Shown: positions 1-15,870 of the stretch, piece after piece | Position numbering within the stretch: position 1 is the stretch's first letter | Layout: the number at the start of each line of letters is the position of its first letter | The notes under the pieces: model-generated | The model's input: only the letters and a program-made list of their open reading frames with translations | What the model was told of the DNA's origin: nothing | Databases searched by the model: none | Position numbers and translations under genes: made by a program | DNA from: Octopus sinensis | Lineage: Eukaryota | Assembly (NCBI RefSeq): GCF_006345805.1 | Contig: NC_043003.1 | Span: forward strand, 23,250,001-23,314,000 | Reading direction: 5' to 3' | DNA: 64,000 bases

Positions 1-239
1 CACTAGATCTCTTGATCTGACATGGTGTATCGCGGAAAGATAAAAGACATAAATCATTCGAAGGAACGCATCACCAACTCATTTGCGCAGGTATCACCAT
101 ATGTGCTATTATGAGTTCACAATGAGTGGGGTTAAGGTATTGCAATGTGTATTCAAAACAATATAGGGCCTGTTAAAAAAAAAAACTGTTTCTTATAAAA
201 ACATAAATTGTTCATATGTATGGCGACTTTTGAATCATC

Positions 240-242
<3 letters not shown>
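1..242 (+). mobile_element. 3' end of a decayed rosa/DD41D-like Tc1/mariner element with right TIR
   Basis: Translation gives DMVYRGKIKDINHSKERITNSFAQVSP..., matching the C-terminus of the element at 59811-60721 (KDIVYQTKIRDIADLKQR). It ends in ATGGCGACTTTTGAATCATCCTG followed by TA. Confidence 0.7.
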
Positions 243-278
<36 letters not shown>

Positions 279-279
279 A

Positions 280-770
280 TAACAATTTAATAAATAAAAC
301 ATATGCATACATACATACATATATGTACATACCTACATCTATATGTATATATACATGCATATATAAGTACAGGACACCACAAATAAACGTAGAACACAAC
401 GAGAAACGAAAACATAAAAAGAAAACAAGGAAACGAACTTTTTTCACAACGAAAAAACAGAGTACAAGACATACAACAGAGGGAGCATTCCCCTTCTTCA
501 GCTGCTCCTGTTTCCACTCATTACGTGTTTCGAAGAGTCGAAACAGGGGCAGCTGAAAAAGGGGAATGTTCCCTCTGTTGTTTGTCTTGTACTTTGTTTT
601 TTCGTTGTTAAAAAAGACCGTTTCCTTGTTTTATTTTTATGTTTTCGTTTCTCGTTGTGTTCTACGTTTATTTGTGGTGTCGTGTATTCATATATGCATG
701 TATATATACATACAGGTGTAGGTATGTACATATATGTATGTATGCATATGTTTTATTTATTAAATTGTTA
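280..770. repeat. Fold-back inverted repeat, ~235-bp arms, 25-nt loop
   Basis: 280-514 is the imperfect reverse complement of 540-770 (e.g. CAGCTGCTCCTGTTTC / GAAACAGGGGCAGCTG; TAACAATTTA / TAAATTGTTA). Confidence 0.9.
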
Positions 771-825
771 TTATATGATCGAACGCACGCGTCGTTGTCT
801 TCTTCTTCTTCCAAGTAAGTTTTAT

Positions 826-1140
<315 letters not shown>

Positions 1141-1164
1141 ATATTTCATAAAATTGAAATATCT

Positions 1165-2348
1165 ATAAAACCGTCAAGAGCTTGATATTTTTTACGTTTT
1201 CTAGATTTATTATTAGTGTTGCATAATGTTTTGCTAAAATTGCTGTTTCTTTTCAGATATCATCAGAAAAAGGTAATTAATATTCATTAAAATAACAGAT
1301 CTAGCGGACTTTTAAAGATATTAAATTGTTGGTGGTCCTATGGCAGACGCTAGCGTAACGAAAAGAGCGGAATTGTTTGGTGTATCAAGAAGTACTGTCT
1401 TCAAAGTAATGACAGTCTTTGAGAAAGAGGGAAAAAATCACCTCATCGAAACAAACTCTGGAAGGAAACCAACACTTTCAGAAAGGGACCGTCGGACTCT
1501 TATTTGAATTGTTAGAAAGGATCACAAAAGTACAGCTCCCAAAATTACTGGAGGGCTTAATGACCACCTCGAGAGCCCAGTTTCGATAAAAACTGTTCGC
1601 TGGGAGGGGAGCTGCACAAAGCCGGATTTCACGGGATGTCTGCAATCAGAAAACCACCATTTTAAAAAACAAGCGTTTCAAAGCGTTTAGTGTGGAGTAA
1701 AAACCTACAGAATTGATGCATAGAGGAACTTATTTTCTCGGATGAGTCATCCTTTACCTTATTTCCGGCCACCGGTCGAGTATACGTGTGGAGAAGCATT
1801 TGACACAAACTGCCTTCTTCCAACTGTTAAACACGGTGGAGGATCTGTGATGATCGGTGAGGGGGGGGGATACATCTTGGAAATCCGCCGCCCCAATAGT
1901 TTTTTTCATGGTAGAATTAATAGTCAAGACTAAGCATTTTATCTGATCAAATTCATCCTATGGTTGCGGAATTGTTTCCAGAGGGAAACGGAATCTTTCA
2001 GGATGATAATGCACCAATTCACACAGCTAAAGTTGTTACTGAATATTGTTACTGAATAAGTTGAACATCTTATCTGGCCATCACAGTCCTCAGATTTTAA
2101 TATTATTGAACATTTATGGTGCATTTTAGAAAAACAATTAAGGAATCGATATCCTCCACTATCATGACCACAAGAACTGGAGACTGTTTTAGCTGAAGAA
2201 TGGACAAAAATTCCTTTTGAAGTAATTCAAACTTTGTACGAGTTCGTAGAATTCAAGCTGTGATTGCTGCCAAAGGCAGTCCTACTCCATATTAAAATAG
2301 ATTTGTTTGAAATTTTAAGGTGTTTACATTGTTTTGTCCAACTCAAGT
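1165..2348 (+). mobile_element. Decayed Tc1-family transposon; transposase pseudogene ~1292-2295, right end only
   Basis: Frames give ...ASVTKRAELFGVSRSTVFKV..GRKP.LSERDRRTL..., PTVKHGGGSVM, QDDNAPIHTAK, IIEHLW and ...AAKGSPTPY*. Many stops and frameshifts. TIR-like right end GGTGTTTACATTGTTTTGTCCAACTC. Confidence 0.85.
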
Positions 2349-2361
2349 ATACATACATATA

Positions 2362-2412
<51 letters not shown>

Positions 2413-2431
2413 TAGATAGATATATACATAC

Positions 2432-2462
<31 letters not shown>

Positions 2463-2838
2463 CACTTGCGTCAGAAATTAATTAGCACTTCTCAAATTTC
2501 TACATTAAATAGGTTAAATCAATTAACCTATGAGCTGTTCAAAACGTCTTACGCGATGAGAAAACTTAGTATGGTGTAATTTCGGTCCTTGCGAGGCGCT
2601 ACCTATATCTATTAAACAAAGAAGATTTGCCTGCATCCGCACTCCAAGTTGTTGCACTGCTATGTCAACATCATAAGGCTGTAGACTCTCAAACTGCTCT
2701 GCAAACAAAGTTACGTCATCGTTCTGCGCAACAGTGAACTCGCAACAAAGCAATAGTTCGAGATATGGCCACTAGGTGACAGCACATACCTTGAGTGTAG
2801 AGCAAATCAAGGGTGCTAATTAATTTCTGACGGTAGTG
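2463..2838. mobile_element. Tc1/mariner-type MITE (376 bp)
   Basis: TIRs CACTTGCGTCAGAAATTAATTAGCAC / GTGCTAATTAATTTCTGACGGTAGTG, with TA on both sides and no transposase inside. Confidence 0.8.
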
Positions 2839-2846
2839 TATATATA

Positions 2847-4618
<1,772 letters not shown>

Positions 4619-4859
4619 TATATATATAGCGAGAGAGTGAGGTGTGGGTGTCAAGTACTATCCAGGGATCCAATTAGGTGAACTGGTTCTGTGTATGTTA
4701 CAGATTATGTAATAGGTTTTACTTTGCTATGGAATCCGTTCTTTAATGGAATTAGAAATGGGGTTTCTCGAATTTGCAAATCGAGAATACAAACTCACTG
4801 GTCTATGATATTCACTGTTGAAGAAGCCAGACATTTGAATGCGGGGTTTAATCAATTAA

Positions 4860-5025
4860 ATTTGTCCCAGTACTTGCTTGTTTTTTGCTTCATCAACTCC
4901 TTAAGGATGAAAGGCAAAACTGAACTCGGTGGGATTTGAGCTCGAAACGTACAGAACCGAGAGAAATGCTGCTATTTTGGCTGACGCAGAATTACAGAGA
5001 TAACGAATATCGCTCCGCCGCAGAA
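4860..5025 (-). mobile_element. Degenerate tRNA-derived SINE (family 2)
   Basis: GGATGAAAGGCAAAACTGAACTCGGTGGGATTTGAGCTC resembles the family-2 core seen at 57869-59152. Confidence 0.5.
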
Positions 5026-5363
5026 TGTAAGAGTTTAATTCTATCATCAATTAGAAAGACATTAGAATTCCATTCCAGAGTGCACAAGAATTTACTTTTG
5101 ATTGCTGCTATTGATAGAAACTCATACAAAACAATCTCTTACATTGCATTCATTATAATTAAGCTCTGAACATGACTACTTAATTTCTAAATAGATAAAG
5201 GTTTATACACACAGACGCACACACACAGACACACACACACCCACACACACACACATGTATGTGTGTGTGATAACATTGAGAAACGGTTTTCTGACGACGT
5301 AATTGTACTCAAGAAAACACTAGTGAGAACTTAATATTTTCCTCTTAATTATCCTCGGTATAG

Positions 5364-5364
<1 letters not shown>

Positions 5365-5416
<52 letters not shown>

Positions 5417-5432
5417 ACATCATCCTTCTTCA

Positions 5433-5467
<35 letters not shown>

Positions 5468-5594
5468 TTCTTCTCCTCCTCCTCCTCCTTCTTCTTCTTC
5501 TTTTTTTCTTCTTCTTCTGCTGCTTCTCATTCGTCACCGTCATCGTCGTCGCCTTTTCTTCATTTTCTAATCATCATCATCATCATCATCATCA

Positions 5595-5652
<58 letters not shown>

Positions 5653-5683
5653 CATTATTATTATTATTATTATATTATTATTA

Positions 5684-5718
<35 letters not shown>

Positions 5719-5790
5719 TATTATTATTATTATTATCATTACTATATTATTATTATTACTATCATCATCATCATCATCATCATCGTCATT
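5365..5790. repeat. Compound trinucleotide microsatellite (CAT)n/(CTT)n/(ATT)n
   Basis: Direct reading. Confidence 0.95.
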
Positions 5791-7929
5791 TTTATCTTTT
5801 AGTAGTAGTAGTTGTACCGCCATTGCTGTTGTTTCTCTTTTTATTACCTGTGATCTGAAGGCGACTACAAGTATGTATCAGATAAGTCAACGAACACGAA
5901 AAGAGACAATTTTTTCTTCTCAAGAGATAACATAGAATGAAGCATTATCTAATCTGTAACATTTATCAACTTGCTCAAGACGTATAAAATGTACATAACA
6001 AAAGAAGGACTTCTCTGTCAGCCATCTTAACAGCGCTTAATGATGTAAAATTCAGTATATAAAAAGACTATTGCACCTTGCTTGAAATTTCTTGTAGTAA
6101 AATGTATGTTTGTAACGATGACAATTTATTTTCTTAAAGAATAAAAGGCATTTAAACACCTACGAAAGTTTTGTGTCTACCAATCATCCATTCTTTCTTT
6201 CTCTGCCCTCCCCCCTCTCTCTCTCTCTGATATTGTTTATCTTAAATGTCAGTTCATCTTAAGCACAAACGTTTTCAGTGAACTACTTAAGATATTTCTT
6301 GTATGCAAAGGTTTCGTAATATTACCATTAACAGACTATACCGCGACACATTCATAAGCACGTTCTAGTTTGGTTGTTCGCTCTGAAAGATGTAAGAATT
6401 TGGCTGCTTGAACAACTATAATAAACCAAACTTTGGAAATCATCCCTTAAGCTACAGTACATATCACTATACAATATAACTGCATCCTTTGACGAAGCAA
6501 TATGGGTGCTTCTAAGTGGTAACACGGCATGCTAGAAACAGCAGTTAGCAATTTTTCAAATAACTCAAACTAAGATCGTTATATAATATATGTATTCTTA
6601 AACAAGGTACTTCTAAAAGAAAGATAACCTGAAAAAAAGTGAAGCTTGACAATAGATGGAACACCTTTAAGTATATGACTGCTCTGTTAGAGCTGAAGAG
6701 AAGTAGCAACAATCATTATAACGATTATATTGTACTACTTCACCTTGGAGTTGTAAATCTTTTTCTATCAAATATTAATTTTCGATCAAACATCAATATT
6801 AGTGAATAAAAATGAAGGGTGTGTTAAATGCGGAATTAGTTTACATGCCGTAGCACTAACAAATTTAATATTTAGGTCTATTGTACTCCAAGTCAGATAA
6901 AGAAGGCACCACACCAGAAAAGTCGAAAAATTTGGAGTATATTGAAGCTGGTGGGACAAGTCACCACTTTCCACAGTTTCCAGTATTCATTTTATCCATA
7001 GTGAATCGCAAGGTCTATTGTTTAGATCGGTAAGGCTGGGGTTTGGTTGTGTAATCGGGATGCGTGATGAGTTTCTGTGAAAGTAACTTCATTCCATGCT
7101 GTTCCAATACGCGCAGCTGAAAATGACTGTCATTGATACTTGGGAATTAACCTTGCTACGCACTGGCGTCCCCATAGTCTTGTGTTCTCACCCTGGAAAC
7201 ATTGAAAGCCGACTAAAGCTATCTCCTCATGAATCAGAAGGATCGAGCCAGACTACAGCAAATCATTTAGGAATTAAGACACGGTCTGCTTGCTATAGAC
7301 GAGACAATAAACAGCTTCCATACAATGCAAAGTGATGATTATAACTAACCAATGTGCGTAGTGAATTTTATTACGCTTTGATATGCCGGCTATTGATCTG
7401 TTATTCTCTTGCATGTCAAATCAATGCTTATATTTATAACAACAGCTTATTTAAAATAATGCAATATGAATAGTTATAGCAAGTGATTATAGAAAAGGCA
7501 GTGAAATGGGACCGGTTAGCTAAAATTTAATCAACATATTTAATTAAATTTGTGAATTTGACGAAACAAATATTGCGCAATAAAAGGCAAACCCGCCGTC
7601 ATATACGCATAATCAAACAAACCAACTTTAGCTGCAAACAGAAAAGGATTTTTATAGTAATAAAATATATAATAAACTAGAGGAACTAGTTGGAAATTCA
7701 TTAACTAAGAATTAAACTAAATATAAAAGTAGTTAATTATCCGAAGCAAACATTTAATAATAATGTACAGAATCAATGAGATGAGATTAATAAATTCAAG
7801 AGCGAGGTTTGAATTAAAACTAATATATTTTTGGCATTTGATATTGTTAAATTGTAATATTGATAAATGGGAAATGAAAGAGTTATTGAAAGTAGCGAGG
7901 ATTCTATAATTTCCGTCTAGGGGATTTAT

Positions 7930-7948
7930 CTCTCTCTCTCTCTCTCTG

Positions 7949-8040
<92 letters not shown>

Positions 8041-8050
8041 CATATCTACC
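7930..8050. repeat. (TC)n/(TATC)n microsatellite
   Basis: Direct reading. Confidence 0.95.
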
Positions 8051-8095
8051 TACCTCTCATTCTCTCCTTTACATGCATATACACACAAATGTATT

Positions 8096-8144
<49 letters not shown>

Positions 8145-8845
8145 TACATACAAACATATATAATATACATTTACACATATACATACACGCATATACTTAC
8201 ACACATTCATACATAGATATTTGCACTTGCATACATTGCATACATACCTACGCAACCACATATCTATCTATTTATCTCTCTCTGTGTCTCTTTCAATATA
8301 TATATATATAATTATATATACAGAGAGAGAGGGGGAGAAAGAGAAAGCGGAGATTAATGACGTTTAGATAAACAGATATGTATATACACAGGTACACACA
8401 AATATATAAATATATCACTCTCTTTCTTCCAAACTCTCTAACTATCCAACAATGTATCTTCTTTGTATCTATATATCCGTAGAAATAAAATGTTGAGGTC
8501 GGTGTGCAGGCATATTCTCTCTATATATATACGTCTATATCTGTATATGTTTCCCGAGTTCACATACATATAACTTACACATAACATATCATTTAGACTA
8601 AAATTGTATGACCAGTTACACTAGACTAGTTTTGCTTCCATGCTCTCCAAATTAGTTTTATATTGATAACTACTGTCTGAACCTTTCATTTTAATATTAC
8701 ATCAAATTTTTTCCCAAGCAACAGATATCTAGTTCAATTCTTGCCTGAGTGTTTAACCATAAATATATATATATATATATTTATATGCGTATTTATGTGC
8801 ATAAGTGTAAATATACGTATGTGTGATGATGTACTGTGTGTGCTA

Positions 8846-9176
8846 AAGACCCCTTTCGGTCATGACTGACCGTAGGATTGCACCTAGAAATTTACCCTCC
8901 CAGATACAAGTCCGAGCAAGGTTGTTTATGGAAGACCGGCGGTCGCGCATGCATACCGGGCTCCCCTCTCCACGCCACCAGTGTTATCCAAGGGAAAGGC
9001 CGATACAGCTTGGCATCTATGACGTCGCAACTCATTTCTACAGCTGAGTGAAGTGGAACAACGTGAAATAAAGTGTCTTGCTCAAGAACACAACACGCAA
9101 TCTGGTCCGGGATTCGAACTCACAACCTTCACAATCGTAAGCTCGACTCTCTAACAACTGAGCCATGCGCCTTCAC
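8846..9176 (-). mobile_element. tRNA-derived SINE
   Basis: The minus strand begins GTGAAGGCGCATGGCTCAGTTGTTAG (A box) and has GAGTTCGAATCCC (B box), followed by the TTCTTGAGCAAGACACT core. Confidence 0.8.
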
Positions 9177-9244
9177 ATCTGTGTATATGACGATATATAT
9201 GTGTGTACATGTAAATACATGTAAATAAAAGTGAATACCACTAA

Positions 9245-9311
<67 letters not shown>

Positions 9312-9315
9312 TATA

Positions 9316-9359
<44 letters not shown>

Positions 9360-9989
9360 ATATTATATATATATTATATATATATACATATATATATGTA
9401 CATATATATATATATACATAGACGTAAGAGATAATCGTATGAACGTATGTAGGCCTGTATGCGTGTAACTAAATATACATAACTTTTCTGAACTTTATGT
9501 AACACTTAAAAATGTAATTTACTTCCCTACCTTATTCATATTGTACTGTATTTACATTGTAATTTACTCTATAATCTCTATTTATTCATTCTTTATTACT
9601 CTAATTCTATTTACATGCTCTGTCTTGTCCACAAGTAACCTGTAACCCCTTCACCCAGACACATATAAATATAAACCATAAACAATATCATTCAGTCTGC
9701 TATGATGAGTCTACAAGCAAACACACAAAATACCTATGGGTATATTTTTTCCTTCTGAAGAGATTATGCTCAGAATCATGGTTTTAATATTTAATTAATT
9801 TCTCTGTGTATAACTTAAAGAGCTGTAAGGGATAATGATCGATTTGTTGCTGATAATAAACTCTTATTAATTTCAATATCTCCATCTTCTTCTTCATTTA
9901 CATAAATATAACTTATGTTTTATATACAAACCTATTATTTTATATTATTTTATGGATATCACCACCTCCCAACATATTAGGTATTACAC

Positions 9990-10300
<311 letters not shown>

Positions 10301-10369
10301 ATGTATAGTGTGTGTAATTGCTATGTGTGTGGTGTGTGTGGGGGGATGTTCATGTATCTGTGAATGAAA

Positions 10370-10566
10370 CTACCGCAGGAAGGCCTGCTTCCGAACTGTG
10401 CGGTTTCATGTTCAGTCCCACTTCGCGGCACTTCGAACAAGTGTTTTCTGTTAGAGCCTCGATCGAACCAATGCTTTGTGATTTAATGACTTAATTTGGC
10501 AGACAAACATTTGGAAGCTCATGGAAAATGTGGAAGCTCGTGGTACACACACACACACGCTCACAA

Positions 10567-10635
<69 letters not shown>

Positions 10636-10952
10636 TACACACACACGTGTTTATTTGTGTATGTGTAATGTGTGTGGCCGTACAGAATATTTCCAGAAGC
10701 ACAATTTCGTACAGTTTTTAAAAGTATATTTTATTCAAGTGGAAGTGCAGTATTCACGATATCTTACTGGACCCCTCCTCCGCCACACACATTAATACAT
10801 ATATATTAGCGGTTCGGCAAAAGAGACCGATAGAATAAGTACTGGGTTTACAAAGAATAAGTCCCGGGGTCGATTTGCTCGACTAAAGGCGGTGCTCCAG
10901 CATGGCCGCAGTCAAATGAATGAAACAAGTAAAATAGTAAAATAGTAAAATA

Positions 10953-10953
<1 letters not shown>
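10370..10953 (+). mobile_element. SINE family 1: head ~10370-10470, tail 10807-10953, (CA)n-expanded middle
   Basis: Tail TAGCGGTTCGGCAAAAGAGACCGATAGAATAAGTACT...CCAGCATGGCCGCAGTCAAATGA recurs many times in the window. Confidence 0.7.
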
Positions 10954-11005
<52 letters not shown>

Positions 11006-11599
11006 CAGATTTCTTCAAACACATTCACTCACAAGGCTATACCAGAAGACGTTTGACTAAGATATCGTGCAGTGGAACTCTACTCAAAACTTTGTGGTTG
11101 TGAAGCGAGTTTATTAACCATACAACCATGCTCATATAACATATTCTTAATTAGATGCGTTACTTATTTTACCTGATTAACCTTGTATAACTTTGTTGTT
11201 TCAAACGATATCTTTGCTGCAGTTACCTCAGACGATTTTGCATTTATTTTTTCCTATCGTTATATATCAAACGTCAATACCTTCTTAGATTAAAGGGCCA
11301 TATTTCTTAGTAAGAGTAAACAGCACAAAGAAAATTTTGGGATCAACACAACAGTAACTGAGATATTCCTTACTGATACCGCTCTACATGAATTTAATGG
11401 CTATACTGAAAGTTCTTCTTTTTAAAATATATTGAAGATATCACTGCATGTTGTAACTGCTAGCCGTTTTAACTGTGTCATATTAATATCAAGTTTATCA
11501 AAACCGTAACAATAAACGACTTAAGCTGCCTGAAAAAAATTTTGAAGATTAAACTATAAATCAGAAAATGTAATGTGCAGTGCTTCCAATCGAAGTCAA

Positions 11600-11950
11600 C
11601 TTTAGGCGCAGGCATGGGTTTACGATGCGCAAGCGTGGCAGTTTAGCACGAAGCTTCCTTCCCAACCACATAGTTCCGGGTTCAGCGAGACTACGTGGTA
11701 TCTTGGGGTAGTGTCTTCTCCTATAGACTCGGGCTTACCTAAAGCTTGATTGTATTTGGTGGAGGGAAACTGAAAGGAACCTGTCCAATATATATGTACA
11801 TACATATAGGTATGTGTGCACGTGTTTTTGTGTCTCTCTTTGATCCCACTCCATCGCTTTACAACCGGTGACGGTGTTTTTACTACCCGTGATATAACGG
11901 TTCTGCCAAAGAGAAAGACAGAAGTATACTAGGTTTTACAAAAAAAAAAA
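11600..11950 (+). mobile_element. SINE family 1, diverged copy
   Basis: CCCAACCACATAGTTCCGGGTTCAG head and CATCGCTTTACAACCGGTG body. Confidence 0.65.
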
Positions 11951-12119
11951 AAATTCATATTAGCCCTGGCTTCGATTCATCTCCTCAAACTTGCTTGCCT
12001 GAAACCCTGCAAGTGACTGGGGTCTTGATAAGTGTGAATGTTGAGATTGCATTCACTTCTACGTCATGAAAACATTAAAAAATGCTTCCCTTTTTAATTG
12101 CATTTATGTTCATTTAAGA

Positions 12120-12290
12120 AAAGGCGGCGAGGTGACAAAACCGTTAACGAGTCCAACATAATGCTTAGCAGTATTTTGGTTCATTGTGTTCTTAAATTCA
12201 TATTACTCCGACTTCGATTTTACGTTTATTTCCTTTCGCGACCGATAAATTAAGTGACACTTTAGAGGTGTGACCAAGGAAATCAAGCAA
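12120..12290 (+). mobile_element. Degenerate SINE family 2
   Basis: GGCGGCGAGGTGACAAAACCGTTAAC...ATGCTTAGCAGTATTT matches the head of the copy at 61984. Confidence 0.55.
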
Positions 12291-12391
12291 CCCATTTTCA
12301 TTGAAACTGCTTAAGCGAAAATTTTGAGACAGGATACCAATAAAACTATTATTTACACTGGCTGAATGTTTCAGATAATTCATATTTAATT

Positions 12392-13690
12392 AATTAATAT
12401 AGGGCAAACTTTTCTTTCAAACTTATGATATTGAAGATAAGATTGTATCCTAATTAATTAGAATAGATTTGATAGCCGTCGAAATATTTTACCAAATAAA
12501 TCAAGCAATTATTAAAATTGCTTGATATTTACTTCCTTTTTTCATTCTAAAGGTAAATCTATGTCTTTTAAAGAAAGCTACACTAAAAATATGGCAACTA
12601 CTAGCAAAGCTATTTGGTTGATTATTCCTTATGGGAAAAAATTAAATCAAATCATCCTTTCTAGTTCCGGGAAGCTATTATTTGGAATTTTCCAAAGAAT
12701 TCTAGGTATTACTCGATTAACAACTCGCGCACCGTTAGGATTAGTTTTTCTAACACAGAAAACCTTTCACAAATTATCTCTTTACATAATATTAGTCCGT
12801 TAAATGAGAATCCAATTATTGTAAATAATAACTTAAATTTAGCTAATACTAACCACCCCACTAGAAATATTAGCTGAAGTCTCTGAAGTTAATTCCAACA
12901 GAATCAAGTTTATGTCTAGTAATTCTAAGACTAAAAATTCTATATACCAGTGTAACATTATTTCCGGTACCGAGGTATTTTTTTTATATAGGAAGTTCTT
13001 TTTCTCAGTTATCTCAATGAATTTCTAATCATTACTCTATATTTAGGGATAGTAATAAACGCAACAGTACAGGGCTTAGTAAATTACTTTGGTATCTAAA
13101 AGACCATAATAAACAATTTAATTTAGATTGGTTGATTCTCTCCATTTCATTCTCATATGAAAAAGGTAAAGAATTCTGCCAACTCTGTAATAGTGAATTA
13201 TTTTCTATTTTACTTTTTAAGAATCTTCTGGTAACCATGTTTATAGAGCGTGCTTGTCGATGGAAACATTGACAGAAACATACCTTTAGTTCATATAAGT
13301 GATATCTACCATTCTATATAATTTGAACATTGATTTTCTTCTAACATTTACTTCCACTAGATATATCTATTTCCAAGCCTTTAAGCTTTTATATTAATTC
13401 ACATATCGCTGTATACTTCTTTATTAGTTTTCTACTTACTTCTTATCTTTTCCCTTTCTCTTTCTATAGGTTACCTTTCACGTTATATCGTCTACGCTTA
13501 TTTTTAAAAAAACAATTAAGGAGTTCCGTTTATCATTATACACAGCCATCACATTCTGTTAAAATGACTTATTCATGAGTTTGGTACCTTTCGTTCCCTG
13601 ATGAGAAGATTACATTGTTTTACACCATTTTATTCCTTTGGAATAATACCAATGTTGTCTCCGAAACACATATCGGAAGTAAAAGAATTT
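12392..13690 (+). mobile_element. Decayed Penelope-like element: RT C-terminus, GIY-YIG endonuclease, 3' region with hammerhead
   Basis: Frames give KAIWLIIPYGK.., FPKNSRYYSINNSRTVRISFSNTENLSQIISLHN, IYQCNII..FYIGSS..NHYSIFRDSNKRNSTGLSKLLWYLKD..W..CQLCNSE. These match PLE motifs (FPK..IFNRNTVKISYS; YIG..NH..F..NST.LS..IW.LK; C.LC). Confidence 0.8.
13594..13678 (+). ncRNA. Type I hammerhead ribozyme motif (long helix II; helix III mismatch)
   Basis: TTCC-CTGATGA-GAGA...CAATGTTGTCTCC-GAAAC-ACAT-ATC^GGAA. Helix I is TTCC/GGAA. Position 16.2 is A rather than G. Confidence 0.65.
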
Positions 13691-13713
13691 GAATAACACC
13701 TGCGTTTAACTCG

Positions 13714-13761
<48 letters not shown>

Positions 13762-13852
13762 ATATTATACAGCCTTTTAAGAAACGTACCTTCTGATTTC
13801 GTTCAGACGCAGTTTCATAGCCATTATCACCTTGAATATTGAATGCTAAAAA

Positions 13853-14078
13853 GGCGTCGAGCATGGCAAAAGTACTAGCACGCCGAGCTAAATGCTTAGC
13901 GGTCTTTCGCCTGTCTTTATGTTCTGAGTTCAAATTCCGCCGAGGTCGACTTTGCCTTTCATCCTTTCGGGTGCTATAAATTAAGTACCAGTTGCGTACT
14001 TGAGTCAATATAATCGACAGGTTCCCTCCTCCAAAATTTCGTGCCTTATGTCTAGAGTAGAAGGGAATATTAAATGTC
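13853..14078 (+). mobile_element. tRNA-derived SINE family 2
   Basis: B box GAGTTCAAATTCC, core CCTTTCATCCTTTCGGG..ATAAATTAAGTACCAG, tail CCAAAATTTCGTGCCTT. Confidence 0.85.
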
Positions 14079-15689
14079 AAGATTCTGGGCAATACATATA
14101 CTGTAAAATTTATTGATAAACTATTTGTATTTTTGCCAAGGTTTTGTGAGTATCTCCTTCTGTCGGGTTAATGTGTTGTTCTACTGATGTATGAAAGAAC
14201 AATGACGATAGATAAGAAAGACTGTTGAGAAAACGGAACAGGGTGTTTGAATGGGAAAGGAATAGATAGACAGTGATAAATACATACAGTATAATTCTGT
14301 GAAACAGAGGTACATAGAATGATACGCATGTAGACCTAAATGTGAGGTGTATATATATATATGAACAGAAAGAGTGTGTGTGAGAGAGAGAGAGAGAGAA
14401 AGAAAGAAAGAAAGGGAAAGAGAGAATGAGGAAGTGACAGATATAGTATTCTTAGATGTGGCTGTTTCCTTAACCGCTCCATAATACACATGATATAAAA
14501 TTACAAAATGATTGACGGAGAGAACTTAGCTTTATGTTTATGTATTCATCAGCTCCAATAATCTGACACATAAATATACATGTATATGTAGCACATTTTC
14601 AAAGCCTTGTTTAAAATACATATTTGTACATATATGCACGCACGCACACACACCACACAGACAGACACACACCACATAGACAGACACACACACATGTATA
14701 TACACGCGCGCACGTACGCACAACTCTATATAAGCATTATGCAAGTAAAAATTTGCGTACACAGCTTGTTTATATGCTATGTATGCATAAACGTGGTTTT
14801 ATGTATATGTGTTTGTGCATCTATACCTGCGCGTGTATGTGTGTGTGTGTGTCTGTGTCTATATTCATATGAAATTATGTATACAATACCTTTATAATCT
14901 TAATCCTTTCGTAATCACAATACCCCATAGAACAAGTATCAGATTTTACCATTTTGTTTCCTATGAATTAAGAGGATTACGGAATAATCTTCTCCTGGCT
15001 AAGATATTAGTCTATAGCAAGTAATTTTCCCCATGAGACATGGTATCTGCTCTCCAGTTATATAACTTTTGTCGATGCAGAATCCACAGTCTTTAACATA
15101 CAAGTGAAAACTTTATGTGGCTGTAAGCGCCAGGAGAGTTTATTATTCAAATATTTCCTTTCTAGTATATAATAAATATTTATATTTATTATTTGGTGCA
15201 TTTATTCTTTTCATTGGTTTCAGTCCTTTATAGGTTCGAGTTACTCTACGTTGTGGCTTTACTACAGTTTGTCTGCAATTGGATTAAATCGACCATATCG
15301 ACCCCAGGAATTTCTATGCTTATATTCCGAATCATAATTCATGAAGCGACAAGAACGTCTTGGCTTAAATTTCTATCTCGGAATAAACACTTCAAGCTGA
15401 CATTTTGTTCAACGCATCAATAACCCAGCCATTCCTTTCTGAATTGACTCCATACTTGATGAATTAATATAGGGCAATCTTGTCTTTCAAACTTATGATA
15501 TTCAAGATAAGATTGTATCCTATTTTATTAAAATGTTCATTCACAAGGCATTAGATAATACGAAGATATTATATAAGTGTTTAGACCAGATGTCATTACG
15601 AAGAGAACCATCTAAAATTTTAAACAGCACCACTACATCTGCTCCGAAATAGCGATCCCTTTAGTGCGGGTCAGTATTTCTATTGGGAA

Positions 15690-15870
15690 AAAGATGTTGA
15701 ATTGGCAGAATCAGTAAAATCCGAATGAAATGTTTAGCTGTAGTTAGTGACCTCTTTTAATGCTTCGAGTTTAAATCACACCAAAATTGACTTTGCTTTT
15801 CGTCCTCACATATTCAATAATACAAAGACTAGTCAAGTATTGAGGTCGATATAATCAACTGCCGGCCAAT
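15690..15870 (+). mobile_element. Highly degenerate SINE family 2
   Basis: GAATTGGCAGAATCAGT..GAGTTTAAATC..TTGACTTTGCTTTTCGTCC..GAGGTCGATATAATCAACT. Confidence 0.45.

Noticed and set aside
6800-6860. CVKCGISLH, resembling a piggyBac C-terminal Cys domain
   Set aside because: An isolated short match with no transposase core or TTAA-flanked TIRs.
9764-9790. CTGAAGA...GCTCAGAA as a hammerhead
   Set aside because: No GAAA, helix III or helix I. Isolated CTGATGA/CTGACGA at ~1260, 3353, 14548, 47127 and 60205 fail likewise.
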